The translations under genes were made by a program, and so were the position numbers. Below the pieces are notes generated by a model. It was not told the origin of the DNA. It searched no databases and saw nothing but the letters and a program-made list of their open reading frames with translations. Positions 24,351-35,664 of a stretch of DNA of 64,000 nucleotides are shown one piece after another. Numbering within the stretch: position 1 is the stretch's first letter; every line of letters begins with the position of its first letter. This stretch comes from Epithemia pelagica (Eukaryota > Protista > Bacillariophyta): NCBI GenBank assembly GCA_946965045.2, contig OX337241.1, positions 682,001-746,000 of the forward strand. The letters are read 5' to 3'.

Positions 24351-25272
24351 CAAATGCCGTTCGTCATGGTCGCAACTCATCGCCTGTCCATCGTACGACA
24401 GAGGATCGAGAGTTCTACGGGATTAGCAGTAGCAAGCTAGGGAGGCGTGCATTTAGTGTGCATAGATAGACAAGACAGGTAGATTCGCCATTCGCCATGA
24501 ATCTTCTTTCCGTTGCGTCATCGGCAAGAAGAGCGTCTCGACTCTCGACGAGACAAAGGACATGATGAATGATGAGTGTAGACTGTAGACTGATCTCTAC
24601 CTAGATTGGCAGCAGTGCAGGTACAGGTAGGAGTAGGAATAGATAAGGAAGTCGGAACCGCATCTTCTAACAAGCAACGAGATTCTCGACAGAGAGCACG
24701 TGGTCGGAGTGGTACTTCACGTTGGATGGCATGCTTTCCTTCCTTGCAACAGACGAAAACTTTGACTGTCTCCAGTCTCCAACCACAGTCCACAGTGGAC
24801 CACAGCCCCAGCCCTGGTTGCCATCGAGGTTCGAGGTATGGAGACGTCGTGCCGGCTCTGGGGTTGCCGAAAAAGGCGGGATTCCATGTTCCGCCTCAAT
24901 TCTTGAGCGTACGGTGGAATTGGAATACTCGAGCATACAAGAGTCCCTGTAGTAGAGTAAGTGACAGGCGATAGATGAGGAGTGCTATAGAACCGAATCT
25001 ATCAAAGATTCACTTGTCAAAATATTGCGTCTCACATTATTTTCGAGATCCAGATTTTCACATTATCACTTTGCCGATGACAAGGGGAAGGGTTATAGGG
25101 ATAAGCCCGACCACTCGACCAACAGCGGCTATTGGTTGAGTGGTCGGGCTTATCCCTATAACCCTTCCCCTTGTCAAAAACCCTTCCCCTTGTCAGCCGA
25201 GGGTGCATATATCAATGCATATCTTCTTGTTGTCAAGTGGTGAGACTCGTTCTCGGAGACAACGGGAGAGAT

Positions 25273-26733
25273 ATGATGAAGACTACAGTTAGTGCCGCGG
25301 TCGTCCTGGCTTTGGTTATCGGCGTTGTCAATGTTAATGCGTTGAATCTGGTTGATGATGGAGCGCAAATTGGCCGCCATCTAGGCAAGGGCAAGAAAGA
25401 GAAAAGGACCTACCAAACTGAGCAGGTATGCCCAATGCCGGTTGCTAAAGAAGAATGCACTCCATTCAAGGATGTTCCTCCTGACATGAAATCCGTGACG
25501 GAATATAGTAGGAAGAACATGTATGATGATGACGACGGAGGTAAGGGAAAGAAGAAGTTGTACAAAGAAAAGAAGTCTGAGAAGAAACACGGGAAAAAGG
25601 GCAAGAAAGTTTCTGGTAAGGGCAAAAAGGTTCGTTTTGCATCGTTTAATGCTTCGTTGAATCGTTTTAACCAAGGTGACCTCGCAAGAGATCTTTCCAC
25701 ACCGGATAATGAACAGGCAAAGGTGATTGCCTCCATTATTCAGTTGAATCGACCTGATGTCCTTCTTGTCAATGAGTTTGACTACGACGAGGATGGAACC
25801 AGTCTTCGCTATTTCCAAGACAACTATTTGAGTGTTTCTCATCCAGAGTACAAGGCGTCGCCCATTTACTACCCATATCGCTACGCTGCCCCTTCGAACA
25901 CGGGTATCCCATCTGGGTTCGATTACGATAACAACGGAGAAGTTGGCGGTGGGAACGACGCTTATGGTTTTGGTTTCTTCCCTGGTCAGTTTGCGATGGC
26001 GTTGTATTCCATGTACCCTATTCACGAAGACTATATTCGTACTTTCCAAAAGTTCAAGTGGAAGGATATGCCCTGTGCTTTCCTTCCAATTGATCCTGAG
26101 AATAATAAGCCATGGTACACGCCAGGGCCGGAACTCGACTCGTTCCGCCTCTCGTCCAAAAGTCACTGGGACATCCCCATCAAGATCGATGGCAGGGTCG
26201 TTCATGCACTAGCTTCTCATCCCACCCCTCCTGTGTTTGACGGTGACGAGGATCGCAACGGCAAGAGGAACCATGATGAAATTCGATTCTGGGCTGACTA
26301 CATTAGTGATGACTATGATGACAGCTCCTACATTTATGACGACAAGGGTTACTATGGAGGGTTAGATGGCAAATATTTTGTCATTCTTGGAGACCTCAAT
26401 GCGGACCCCTTTGATGGTGACAGTTTCAATAATGCTGCGCGTCAACTCACAGATAACGAACTTGTCAACAACTCCGAGATTCCATCGAGTGTTGGGGCGG
26501 CTGAACAGAGTCAGTTGCAAGGTCAAGCCAACAATGACCATTGTGGGGACCCACAATACGATACGGCCGATTTTAATCCCGCAGGTCCAGGAAACTTGCG
26601 GGTGGATTACGCTTTGCCTTCGGCTACTTTGGACATTGTCGATAGTGGTGTGTACTGGTTACCCCAGTCGGATCCTTTGTTCGATCCGCTTGTTGGAACC
26701 TTCCCCTTCCCTTCGTCGGACTTGTACGTGTAA
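25273..26733 (+). CDS. Secreted endonuclease/exonuclease/phosphatase (EEP) family protein
   Basis: Signal peptide MMKTTVSAAVVLALVIGVVNVNA; motifs ASFNASL, PDVLLVNEFD, SHPTPP, VILGDLNAD, LRVDYAL. The ATG at 25273 is preferred over the ORF-track start. Confidence 0.88.
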   Translation: MMKTTVSAAVVLALVIGVVNVNALNLVDDGAQIGRHLGKGKKEKRTYQTEQVCPMPVAKEECTPFKDVPPDMKSVTEYSRKNMYDDDDGGKGKKKLYKEKKSEKKHGKKGKKVSGKGKKVRFASFNASLNRFNQGDLARDLSTPDNEQAKVIASIIQLNRPDVLLVNEFDYDEDGTSLRYFQDNYLSVSHPEYKASPIYYPYRYAAPSNTGIPSGFDYDNNGEVGGGNDAYGFGFFPGQFAMALYSMYPIHEDYIRTFQKFKWKDMPCAFLPIDPENNKPWYTPGPELDSFRLSSKSHWDIPIKIDGRVVHALASHPTPPVFDGDEDRNGKRNHDEIRFWADYISDDYDDSSYIYDDKGYYGGLDGKYFVILGDLNADPFDGDSFNNAARQLTDNELVNNSEIPSSVGAAEQSQLQGQANNDHCGDPQYDTADFNPAGPGNLRVDYALPSATLDIVDSGVYWLPQSDPLFDPLVGTFPFPSSDLYV

Positions 26734-27039
26734 TCAATAGCGTCACGAGGAACTTCTATCTCTGTAATCCTTAGTTGTGTTGTGAAACAACAATTTCTCT
26801 TTTACCCTAGTGAAGAATATGATTAACTTGTTCTTCCACATTATAGATTCGACCAACTATGTAGCTCTTGGTATGTAGACTATGGTAGATTCGTTTTACA
26901 ACACGCGAGGTATGCTCGAATGTTGCACGTCTAGTTCTTCCCCAATGCCATGCTCTTCTATTCTATGTGAAACATTTCCCTTCTTTGCATCGGGTCCCTT
27001 TGCGAACTAAGGTTTTCCGCAGAATTTAACAACACTGTC

Positions 27040-30000
27040 TCAGCCAGCTGGCACAGAAGGCACTGGTGAGATTATGTTTACATGTGACGGGCTTTCCGAA
27101 TAATCGTCGTAGCTTGTGCAACTGCATTCATCCAGTTCCGACAGCAGATTCTCGTTATCGGTCATGTATTCATAGTCGGTACAGGAACTTTCATCCTCTG
27201 ATATATCCGTGCAATCTAGCAGAATCACACTGCCACTCGACGTTTCTGGATCTTCACGATTTCCCCGTTTGCTCTTCTTTTTCCGTTTCGCTTTCTTTTC
27301 CTTCTTTGATTTCTTCTCTTTCTTCGGACTGTTACTTTCTTTGATGCTGTTTTTTCGGCTCTTTTTTGTTTTCTTCTTGGAGGAATCGCCTCCCTTCTTC
27401 TTTCGAGCGGGCGATGGTGTTCGAGTATCATCGTCGATGGAGCTTCCTGGCGTACCACTGCAACTGAGAACATCGTCCACAAGCATGTCACCAGAATCCT
27501 TGGACGGAAGAGGCGAACATACCGTGGCCGGTGGTTGTGTCCGCAACAAGTTGCCGTTCCCACTGTAGGTAGAGACGACTCGTACAGGTGGTGTCAACTC
27601 GTACTTTTGCATTCCCGAACTATACCTCCCTCGGTGATCATCAGAGGATTTGGAACGAGGATGGTTATGGTCAATCTCATTCTCTGGCGATGAAAGACTG
27701 GTCATCATGTTTAGTGTATTCCTTCGGTGGTACCGTTTCCTCACCACTGGAGCTTCTTGTTGTTGTTCTTGTGGTTGTTGGGGTTCGGATTGAGGTGAAG
27801 ATTCTTGGTCGCTACTTGCAACGGTGGGAGTTGTTCCCTGCGAAGGCGACTTGGAGGGAGTGCTATGGATATCACTACTACTGACAGTATCGGTGTTGCT
27901 GGATTTGGGCGAAGCAGTCACGATAGGGTCTAGTTCCATGGCAGTATCAATCATGGGTTGACTGGATTCCGCTTCTTCACTGAAAAAGTCGCGCACACTC
28001 TTGACGCGGCGAATCATGGTGACTCGATTGTGACCTCGTGACGGGGGAGCAGCCGTCGAAGTAGCAGCAGTCACGGTTGTGGTGGGCGTATGATCGGAGT
28101 GGTGCTTTTTACCACCCATGGAACCCGTTGTCTTGAGTCGAGATGCCGAAGTAGAACAAGAGGACTGAGACGAGGACAAGGAGGGTCGAAGGGCAGTGGA
28201 CCCACCACCACCGGAAATGGAATGAGATTGTGAAGAAAGTGTACTGGTCGCAGTGCTCACGGTTTCACCCGCCGTGGAATTGTAGGAAGAGGAGGCAACC
28301 AACATAAAGTTCTTCAAGCCGCTCGATGACTGAGACAAGGAAGAAGAGTCTTCCAAGGAAGAGCTATTGTTTCCGGCCTTGTGAAAGCTGCTGTTGCTGC
28401 TAAAGCTACTCACACTTTTGTTGTGGGTCTGGCTGCTGTTCACTGCATCAGACGCAAAGGAATTGTGTGATGAGGAAGCATTGGACAAGAACTGTCGATA
28501 GGATGATATGGAAGCAGACAGCGAATCATCCAAGGACATTCCTTTGCTGTTGGTTGTATTGTGATTGGAACTTTCCAAGGGAAGCAAAATGTCTTCCGTC
28601 TCGGTGCAATCTTCATCGTCATCCATGACTCCAACGGCGCTGTTGTTCGTATGGGAGATCAGGTATTTGTTGGGCTTGTGCAGTTTACTACTAGTTCCAT
28701 GATCGGAGCCGCTCTTGGATTTCGTGGTCAAGAGGGATTCCATGAGTTTGCCCTTGTTGCTAATGCTGGTGTTGTTCCGCCATAGGAGGCTCCCACTGCC
28801 AGCACCCAAACAACTGCTGCCGCTGGTGCTGCCATTGCTACCCACACTTGAACCAGAGCTCTTGCGACTGGGACTGCTTCGGCTGCTGCTTCCGGTACTG
28901 CCCACGCTGTAATCATCATGGTTCTTTTCACTCCGTTTCGTCTTGCTTCGACCCAGACTTCCGAGGCTTCCAATACTTCCAAAGCTGCTATTGCCAAGGC
29001 TTCCAAAGCTACTTCCAAAACTACGATTTCCAGAGCTTTCTCCCATGTTGCCGGCAGGGTCTAAGCTTCCTGAGGGAACTCGGCCTTCCATGGAATGTCT
29101 ACGACTTTTCTTTCCTTTCGGTCGTTTGGATGGCGAAGAAGGAGCTTCGTTGGCCGAAAGAATCGAACTAACACCGGAAAGACCGGCTTTGCTGTGTCCA
29201 TTGGAAGTACCATGAGACAGAGAGCTTCGCCGGCCATGGCGGCTTCCTCCCTTGCTTGTTTTGCGGGCTGCAAATTTGCTGTTGGAATTGAAAATATGGT
29301 CCAACATGGAGGAGGAGGACGACGAGGCGCTATGTGACGACGCAAAGGAATCCTTGCTTCTTTGTTGTGTGGGATAGGGGCTTGGAGGCGGAGCTCCAGG
29401 GGACCGTTCCGCACTCGAGGGACGTTGTGGGCGTTGCGGTCTGACATCGCGGTCACTGTTTGGATCATGTTGCATGTTCGGGTTGCTTCCCAGAGAGGAC
29501 CTTCGACCCATCATGACAAGGTGATTTTTACCGGGCATTGTGCAGTCACGCTGTTTGGAAGGTGATGCGTTGTTCGATCGGTTATTCTTATCATACGAAG
29601 AAGAGCCCAATAGGGACATGGCAGACTGAGATTTTCGCAAGAGAGAATTGGGATTACCCGTTTGTCGGTGGTTGTAAGGGGTGGTTTGTAATCCACTGAA
29701 CAAGGATGATGATTCTCGAAGTTCCCGTTGCATGTTGACAGTTTTGACCGGTGATTTGATGGCACTGGTGGCCGATAGTATTCCAGCCTTCATTTGCAAC
29801 GAGAGGGACCGAGGTTCGGATCGTTTCGAATTGGACTTGCGCGCTTTGCGGGGAGAAGGAACGGGAGAGGCGGAATGACGGTTGAGTTGTGTGGGCCGGA
29901 GTTTGCGAGGCGACGGCGTCTTGGTGTTGCTTCGAGCTCGGAGGCTCATGGACCCATTTCGGCTGTTACTACTGGAGCGACTGTGAATGGTTTCTGTATC

Positions 30001-30573
30001 CTCCTCATCATTGTGAATGGGGACACTGCCCAACGTGGAGTGGCGACGCCGTTGCTTTTTGCCCATTTTAATTGCGGCTGTTTCAGTGGCAGATGTGACT
30101 CCGGCTGGTACCAGCACTTCGACTCCCGACTTTTTCGTTTTCGAGGAAACCAGTTTGGTGGGAGAACCTTTGGTCGGTGATTGTGCTCGAGGTTTTCCTC
30201 GGTTATTCGTACTACTCTCCTTTCGTGGACTCTCGACACTACTCTTGTCGGATTTACGCTGATTGTAATAGAGGCTAGCGCGTTCCAATAAATCTCGGCC
30301 CGAATCGAGGGATGCCCTTCGTCGAGCCTTGGACTTTCGCTTGGGAGCCCGCATCGTTGGTGACACGGCTCTCTCCATACCGGTGCCGGACGGTGCAAGC
30401 ACAGCTACCGTATTACCCTCCATTGTGGATGCCATGGTTTGTGAATTTCCAAGCAGTGGTGTATTCGCTAGCTCCACGCTCTCTTCGAACGAGGCGTGCT
30501 TCTTTGGGTGAAACAAGAATTGGGGAGAAGAAGATGAGGAGGAGGAAGAAGCGTGCAAAAGCGAAGCAAGCAC
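27040..30573 (-). CDS. Ser/Lys/Arg-rich low-complexity hypothetical protein
   Basis: Uninterrupted 1177-codon ORF with no recognisable domain. Confidence 0.75.
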   Translation of the reverse strand: MLASLLHASSSSSSSSPQFLFHPKKHASFEESVELANTPLLGNSQTMASTMEGNTVAVLAPSGTGMERAVSPTMRAPKRKSKARRRASLDSGRDLLERASLYYNQRKSDKSSVESPRKESSTNNRGKPRAQSPTKGSPTKLVSSKTKKSGVEVLVPAGVTSATETAAIKMGKKQRRRHSTLGSVPIHNDEEDTETIHSRSSSNSRNGSMSLRARSNTKTPSPRKLRPTQLNRHSASPVPSPRKARKSNSKRSEPRSLSLQMKAGILSATSAIKSPVKTVNMQRELRESSSLFSGLQTTPYNHRQTGNPNSLLRKSQSAMSLLGSSSYDKNNRSNNASPSKQRDCTMPGKNHLVMMGRRSSLGSNPNMQHDPNSDRDVRPQRPQRPSSAERSPGAPPPSPYPTQQRSKDSFASSHSASSSSSSMLDHIFNSNSKFAARKTSKGGSRHGRRSSLSHGTSNGHSKAGLSGVSSILSANEAPSSPSKRPKGKKSRRHSMEGRVPSGSLDPAGNMGESSGNRSFGSSFGSLGNSSFGSIGSLGSLGRSKTKRSEKNHDDYSVGSTGSSSRSSPSRKSSGSSVGSNGSTSGSSCLGAGSGSLLWRNNTSISNKGKLMESLLTTKSKSGSDHGTSSKLHKPNKYLISHTNNSAVGVMDDDEDCTETEDILLPLESSNHNTTNSKGMSLDDSLSASISSYRQFLSNASSSHNSFASDAVNSSQTHNKSVSSFSSNSSFHKAGNNSSSLEDSSSLSQSSSGLKNFMLVASSSYNSTAGETVSTATSTLSSQSHSISGGGGSTALRPSLSSSQSSCSTSASRLKTTGSMGGKKHHSDHTPTTTVTAATSTAAPPSRGHNRVTMIRRVKSVRDFFSEEAESSQPMIDTAMELDPIVTASPKSSNTDTVSSSDIHSTPSKSPSQGTTPTVASSDQESSPQSEPQQPQEQQQEAPVVRKRYHRRNTLNMMTSLSSPENEIDHNHPRSKSSDDHRGRYSSGMQKYELTPPVRVVSTYSGNGNLLRTQPPATVCSPLPSKDSGDMLVDDVLSCSGTPGSSIDDDTRTPSPARKKKGGDSSKKKTKKSRKNSIKESNSPKKEKKSKKEKKAKRKKKSKRGNREDPETSSGSVILLDCTDISEDESSCTDYEYMTDNENLLSELDECSCTSYDDYSESPSHVNIISPVPSVPAG

Positions 30574-31780
30574 AAAACAATCAGACCATAATCGGGTTTA
30601 TTCTAGTCTTTGTTTTCTCGGACTAGAACGAGATGCTCGTGCTCCGTGGTCGTAGTGCTGCAGCACACTGTTACACGGTTGGGTATTACGATTAACCAAC
30701 GAAAGCGTAAAGGGTAAGTTCGCCTGTCAAAACAACACTGTAGGGTATGAGGGATTCCTTACATAAGGGCTATGTCAATATCATTCTACGCCGTGCATTC
30801 GCTACCAGCTACTGGGGGAAATAGTATTGCCTTGGATGTCATGTACGAGCTCGTATTGACCGAGGCTGAAGTCTTCAATTACGAAGGGCTAATCACAAGT
30901 TTAGTTTGTATCAGGGCTTAATAAAGTTAGGACATTAACTTTAAAATTTTAACCCGCAGTTGATAGCTAAGCGCTTATGGTGACTACGAAAGGGCTATAT
31001 CCAGGTCGTCAAAGGGATGATAGTCATTCGTCGTGGGATCGTATTGGGTGCTTGAACGCAAGGGGCTTAGCAAATGATATGGTTGCTTCGAAAGATTACG
31101 TTTATGCCAGATTCATCCCTACCATTTAACAACTTATCTGTTTTTACGGATCGTGACCCAGGCACAAATTGTCTCGACCTAGTGTTACGCGTGTTCGAAA
31201 TTCCAGAGACAAGGCGCCAATGTAAATGCAGAGAAACCAGCCTCGTCCGTTCGAGACAACAAACAAGATATGAAATCACCAATCACCATATTCATCATGC
31301 TTTCTGTTCTATTTGAAACCGACAAGGCTTTTGGTGTGAAATCGTTGGTTAAAGTTAGGAGCGGATCACTTTGTTTTATGGAAACACGGAGGATGGGACA
31401 CTTCTTTTTCGTCGTTGAATCTTTGAGAATAAACGAAAAACCAAAAAAATGGTGGCTTTGCTTGTAGTACGTTGTGGTGGACATGAGACGTATCGATCGA
31501 AATACGGTGATCCTTTTCAGTTTTACCTCCCATTCATTGTTCCGCATTTCTCCACCCAAGTTCCCCTGTTTCATTTTGGTCGCATTAAATATTTTGCAGG
31601 AAAACTTCATTCCAACCTTATGACAATGCGACAGCGACAGGAATCGACCGAAAACGAAACCCGGGATCGAGAAGGCACGTTTCCAGTCCATTTCCAACGC
31701 AGCAACGGACATATCTTTCTCCCAAACCACAAAACTGTCGCATCCCGCCCATTAATTCTTCTTGTTGTGGTACCGCAACC

Positions 31781-33205
31781 ATGGAACACTCGGCTGGCCC
31801 TCCACGAGGAGGCACTGCGTCTAGGGTGATTGAAAAGCACCCGGCATCGATTGATATCGTTCGGCGAATGATCCCTCCCGATGTCTTTTTGCATCACGTC
31901 GTTGGTCCTTTTCTAACCCCCAAGGAAGTGCGTTTGGTTGTCCAACGAGTATGGCCTCGAGGCTTTGATTGGACCAATCATTGCTGCCCCCATCATCCCG
32001 GTACCGTCTATGAGTATTTTGCCGACGAGGATCTTCCGGAAGGAGAAGAGCGTCCTCGTGATAATGATAATGACAACGACGACGACAACAACAACAACAA
32101 CGACGACAATAATGACGAACGAGATGAAGATGATGACAATGATAGTGATAACGAAGATGCGGAGGACAATGAAAATGCAGCTGACAATGAAGAAGACGGC
32201 AACAACGAGAACGGCGGTATTATTCGTCCTCCGGAACTTGGTTCTCAAGAAGCAGTAGATACCACCATGAATGAGAGAGAAGCGAACAACGAGACGGTGG
32301 GTCAAGTCCCACCGACGCGGCTGGTTCTGCGCTGCCGAGATTGCGTCTTGGAACAACGCAATCTCAAACGTTGCGATCACTGCAATGTCTTTAAGCGCCG
32401 AAGCCGCGTGACTCATACATGCCGCCTCTGCCCTCAAGTGATTTGCACCGACTGTGACCGTGACTCGTACGAAGGTGTGTGCAGCGAATGCACGCTCTGC
32501 GCCTTTTGTCGCGAAGTCTTTCCCGAAATGGCGGCAGGAGATCAATGTCGGAGCTGCAGTGAGATCTACTGCAGCACTTGCCGTGATGTGTTGGCGGTTC
32601 AACAGGAAGAAGTCAAAGCTGCACACGTACGGGCGATGCGACTAAAACGTGTCGACTCACAAGCTATCAATGCGCAGTCGCAGGAAGCCCCGATGGACCA
32701 CACGGACGTTCCAGTACAAGACCAAAACAATAATGTTACAAACTCTTCTGGTGCTACTACGAACATGGATGTCGACGAGTCCACAGAAAACGATCCTCAC
32801 GAACCATCGAATGCTTCTACGTCTCGTCATGCCACCAATCGGGAAGAGACGGTTCCGCAACCATCTGGACCTACCAGTGGTTCCTCCGATGATAATACAA
32901 ACATGGATGTCGAGCCAGCCGAGGAAGAAACAGTTCCTCAACCGTCTACCGGACAAAGCGGTGAAACAGAAGCCCCCTCTGACACCGTGTCTGGTACAGA
33001 AGGCTCCTCGAATGCCAGGGATGAGAATAGCAACGAAAACACGGTTGAACAAGAGAACGAAGCGGACTACGAGGAGCTAGATCTACCAAAGCTTGACAAA
33101 AATCCCCGGAGTGTACAGGTTTGCCGTAGATGCAACTATTGTTACTGCAGCACGTGTGGATTTCATCATCAGTGCCATTGTTGTGGCTGCAGTTACTGGC
33201 TTTGA
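31781..33205 (+). CDS. Cys-rich (CxxC) hypothetical protein with acidic spacers and a possible F-box-like N-terminal motif
   Basis: IPPDVFLHHVVGPFLTPKEV; clusters of CxxC motifs split by a long acidic linker. Confidence 0.72.
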   Translation: MEHSAGPPRGGTASRVIEKHPASIDIVRRMIPPDVFLHHVVGPFLTPKEVRLVVQRVWPRGFDWTNHCCPHHPGTVYEYFADEDLPEGEERPRDNDNDNDDDNNNNNDDNNDERDEDDDNDSDNEDAEDNENAADNEEDGNNENGGIIRPPELGSQEAVDTTMNEREANNETVGQVPPTRLVLRCRDCVLEQRNLKRCDHCNVFKRRSRVTHTCRLCPQVICTDCDRDSYEGVCSECTLCAFCREVFPEMAAGDQCRSCSEIYCSTCRDVLAVQQEEVKAAHVRAMRLKRVDSQAINAQSQEAPMDHTDVPVQDQNNNVTNSSGATTNMDVDESTENDPHEPSNASTSRHATNREETVPQPSGPTSGSSDDNTNMDVEPAEEETVPQPSTGQSGETEAPSDTVSGTEGSSNARDENSNENTVEQENEADYEELDLPKLDKNPRSVQVCRRCNYCYCSTCGFHHQCHCCGCSYWL

Positions 33206-33396
33206 GATAGATTCACCAAGCGTATCATTGCACCGGATTGCTCCGATAATTTTTGTGACGATTGTCGAGAGAGCAAAGACGACGCACTCTTTTATCCATC
33301 AGAGTCTGTCCCTCTTAGCTTTTATCATTCAGAGTCTGGGTAGCGCAAAGCCAATATTTTAGTATTCAATATTCTTTCATACTTCTGAGAATTTTC

Positions 33397-34503
33397 TCAT
33401 TTACCCCCAATTTTGTAGGTACCATATGTTTCCATGGTGGGATCGTACACTTGCCATCGACTGGCAGGGAAAATGTGTTTGTTTCGTTCGTACCACTGTC
33501 GCTCGACAATTTTCCCTGGATGCGAATCTTCTTTTTCCACACGCGAGTCGACAGGTCCCACTCTTACATCATCCCCGACATGAAAATAAAACAAGGGCCC
33601 GCTCTTTCCTCGAGCCTTGGTCGCAATCAAATCATAAAACGTGACATCGTGAGGCAAAATCAAATCTTCCTTGACATAGAGCAGCTCATCCGCGGAACGG
33701 TTGTTCAAATGACGAAATTCTCCACGCAACTGCTCCAACGCCAATTGTAGAAAGCGTCCAATCGAGTCTCCCTTTTTACATGTTAAACTTCGTCGATGAC
33801 CCGATCCGTCCCAATAACTGTAGGTAATCTCTAGCTTTTCTTGCTTCATCGTAGCCTGTTGGTCCAGCCATTCTTGTTCTAGTCGTTGTCTTTCGTGTTT
33901 TAATTGTTCTTCTCTGTATGGATCGGCTAGAAATGAAGTATCCACAGTCGGGTCCTTCTTACTGACAAGTGCTTTCTTTCCGCTCTTTCCTCCGCCGTTG
34001 ACATCCTCTTTGTCAAGCAGCGACTCTTCTTCCTCTTCCCCAGCAAATGAGAGAGTCGACAACATTTTCTTTTTCGCTTTTAGTTTCAATTTTCTTGCCT
34101 TCTTTTCTGCCTTTTCGCGCTTTTTTCGTTCTTCTGTTGTTTCTTGCGAACGATTTGCCTCTTCCTCTTTGTTCTCTTCACGAGATCCTCGTCCATCCAA
34201 TCGATTCCGTTGGGCCACATTATTCGCGGCCTTTATGAATTCTTGAGCGGTTACCAAGCCAACTGTCTGATTCGAAAAGGATTGTTCCGCTGCCGAAGCT
34301 TTGGTCGCCGTGCGAAAACTACTGGCCAACGACTGGACATTGGATGAATGGCGCTCGATTCGTTGTCGTTTTTGCGCCTCAAACTCTTCTATATCTTGCA
34401 GACGTTTCTTTTCCAACGCCGCTGCACGGCTTCCCGAAACATTCCCTTCCACCGTTCGAGCACCGGCGTCCAAACGACGGAAGGAGGAGGAGGCCGACGA
34501 CAT
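33397..34503 (-). CDS. FAM50: XAP5/FAM50 (XCT) nuclear protein
   Basis: [61 protein letters not shown]. Confidence 0.95.
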   Translation of the reverse strand: MSSASSSFRRLDAGARTVEGNVSGSRAAALEKKRLQDIEEFEAQKRQRIERHSSNVQSLASSFRTATKASAAEQSFSNQTVGLVTAQEFIKAANNVAQRNRLDGRGSREENKEEEANRSQETTEERKKREKAEKKARKLKLKAKKKMLSTLSFAGEEEEESLLDKEDVNGGGKSGKKALVSKKDPTVDTSFLADPYREEQLKHERQRLEQEWLDQQATMKQEKLEITYSYWDGSGHRRSLTCKKGDSIGRFLQLALEQLRGEFRHLNNRSADELLYVKEDLILPHDVTFYDLIATKARGKSGPLFYFHVGDDVRVGPVDSRVEKEDSHPGKIVERQWYERNKHIFPASRWQVYDPTMETYGTYKIGGK

Positions 34504-34725
34504 GGTGGATGGTGTGGTGGGTGCAGATTTTTGTTTGTCGACGAAGCGACAAATGAGACCAATCAGAAGCCGCGATAGAAATAATGAACGCCCTTGGGTC
34601 GCTCCTACACCAAGGGATGCGCTTCGCGGGACTCACTTCTCTTTTCCAGAAAAATTGATGCCGACAACCCTTTTTCACACGACATGCATCAAAACAAATG
34701 AAAACGCGAACTCACACAAAAGACC

Positions 34726-35385
34726 ATGTTGTTGGCCATGATACATCGCATTAAAACCTGGTGCAGCTTGAACAATGGCGGATTCTATCGACGAAGAGGG
34801 CGGTGCAGTGAGAAACGAAAGAGTAGATTGAATTTGTGTGGAGAGGAGGCGCAATCACCTTCGCTCGTCCATCTACATCGAAAACGACGACGGCAACCCA
34901 GTCAATGCGGTTCTATGACAGCCGCTGGCAGCATTCCCAACCATGAAAGACAAGACAAACAAACCAATTTTCAGGAATCATCCCGCCATGAAAATAAACA
35001 ACATTCAGAGAGCAAAGCTCGTACCAGTGTCGAAACAACCTGGAGAGACGTTGGTCTGATTGGACTGGGGTTCTGGACTGGTATGACTCTCGAGAGTTTG
35101 TGGTACAATACGGTTGCTCTGTCTTTCGACACAGTCTCCAGTCGCTGGTCGGACAATGTTGCCACCACCATCATTTTCATCCTTGTTTTGTTCAAGTTTG
35201 GATTCACCAACCATTTCTTGTACCTTGTTTGCCCACGAAGAACGGCACAAAGACAAAAACCGCAAACGTCCCGAATTCTTCGTACAATGTACGATCTTGT
35301 CGAAGGCATGATGCTCGGAATGGTCTGCTCCGCAATAGTGCTAGATATGTGTATTGTGCTCAGCTCTCTCGTGGGACCTATTTGA
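34726..35385 (+). CDS. Hypothetical membrane protein
   Basis: Three hydrophobic stretches in the C-terminal half; start uncertain, possibly the ATG near 34915. Confidence 0.45.
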   Translation: MLLAMIHRIKTWCSLNNGGFYRRRGRCSEKRKSRLNLCGEEAQSPSLVHLHRKRRRQPSQCGSMTAAGSIPNHERQDKQTNFQESSRHENKQHSESKARTSVETTWRDVGLIGLGFWTGMTLESLWYNTVALSFDTVSSRWSDNVATTIIFILVLFKFGFTNHFLYLVCPRRTAQRQKPQTSRILRTMYDLVEGMMLGMVCSAIVLDMCIVLSSLVGPI

Positions 35386-35664
35386 TTCTGTGCTTCACAC
35401 GGATTCCTTTTTCTAGAGTTGGTTCAGGTATTGAAGCTGTCGACAGACTTCTACCATACTTGTATGAGTAGCATGTATCACGATAGACTGTATCGAGAAT
35501 CGAAAAGATAAAGGCTGAGGTACTCACACCAGAGAGAATTTTTGGAATAACAAGACTCTTCCCATATTGATCGATTTCTAGGTAGTTTTAGGGTACAAGA
35601 GTACATGAATGATTAACTCGTCATCCATGTATCCATCAATCAAATCCAAACGGAAACAACTCTA

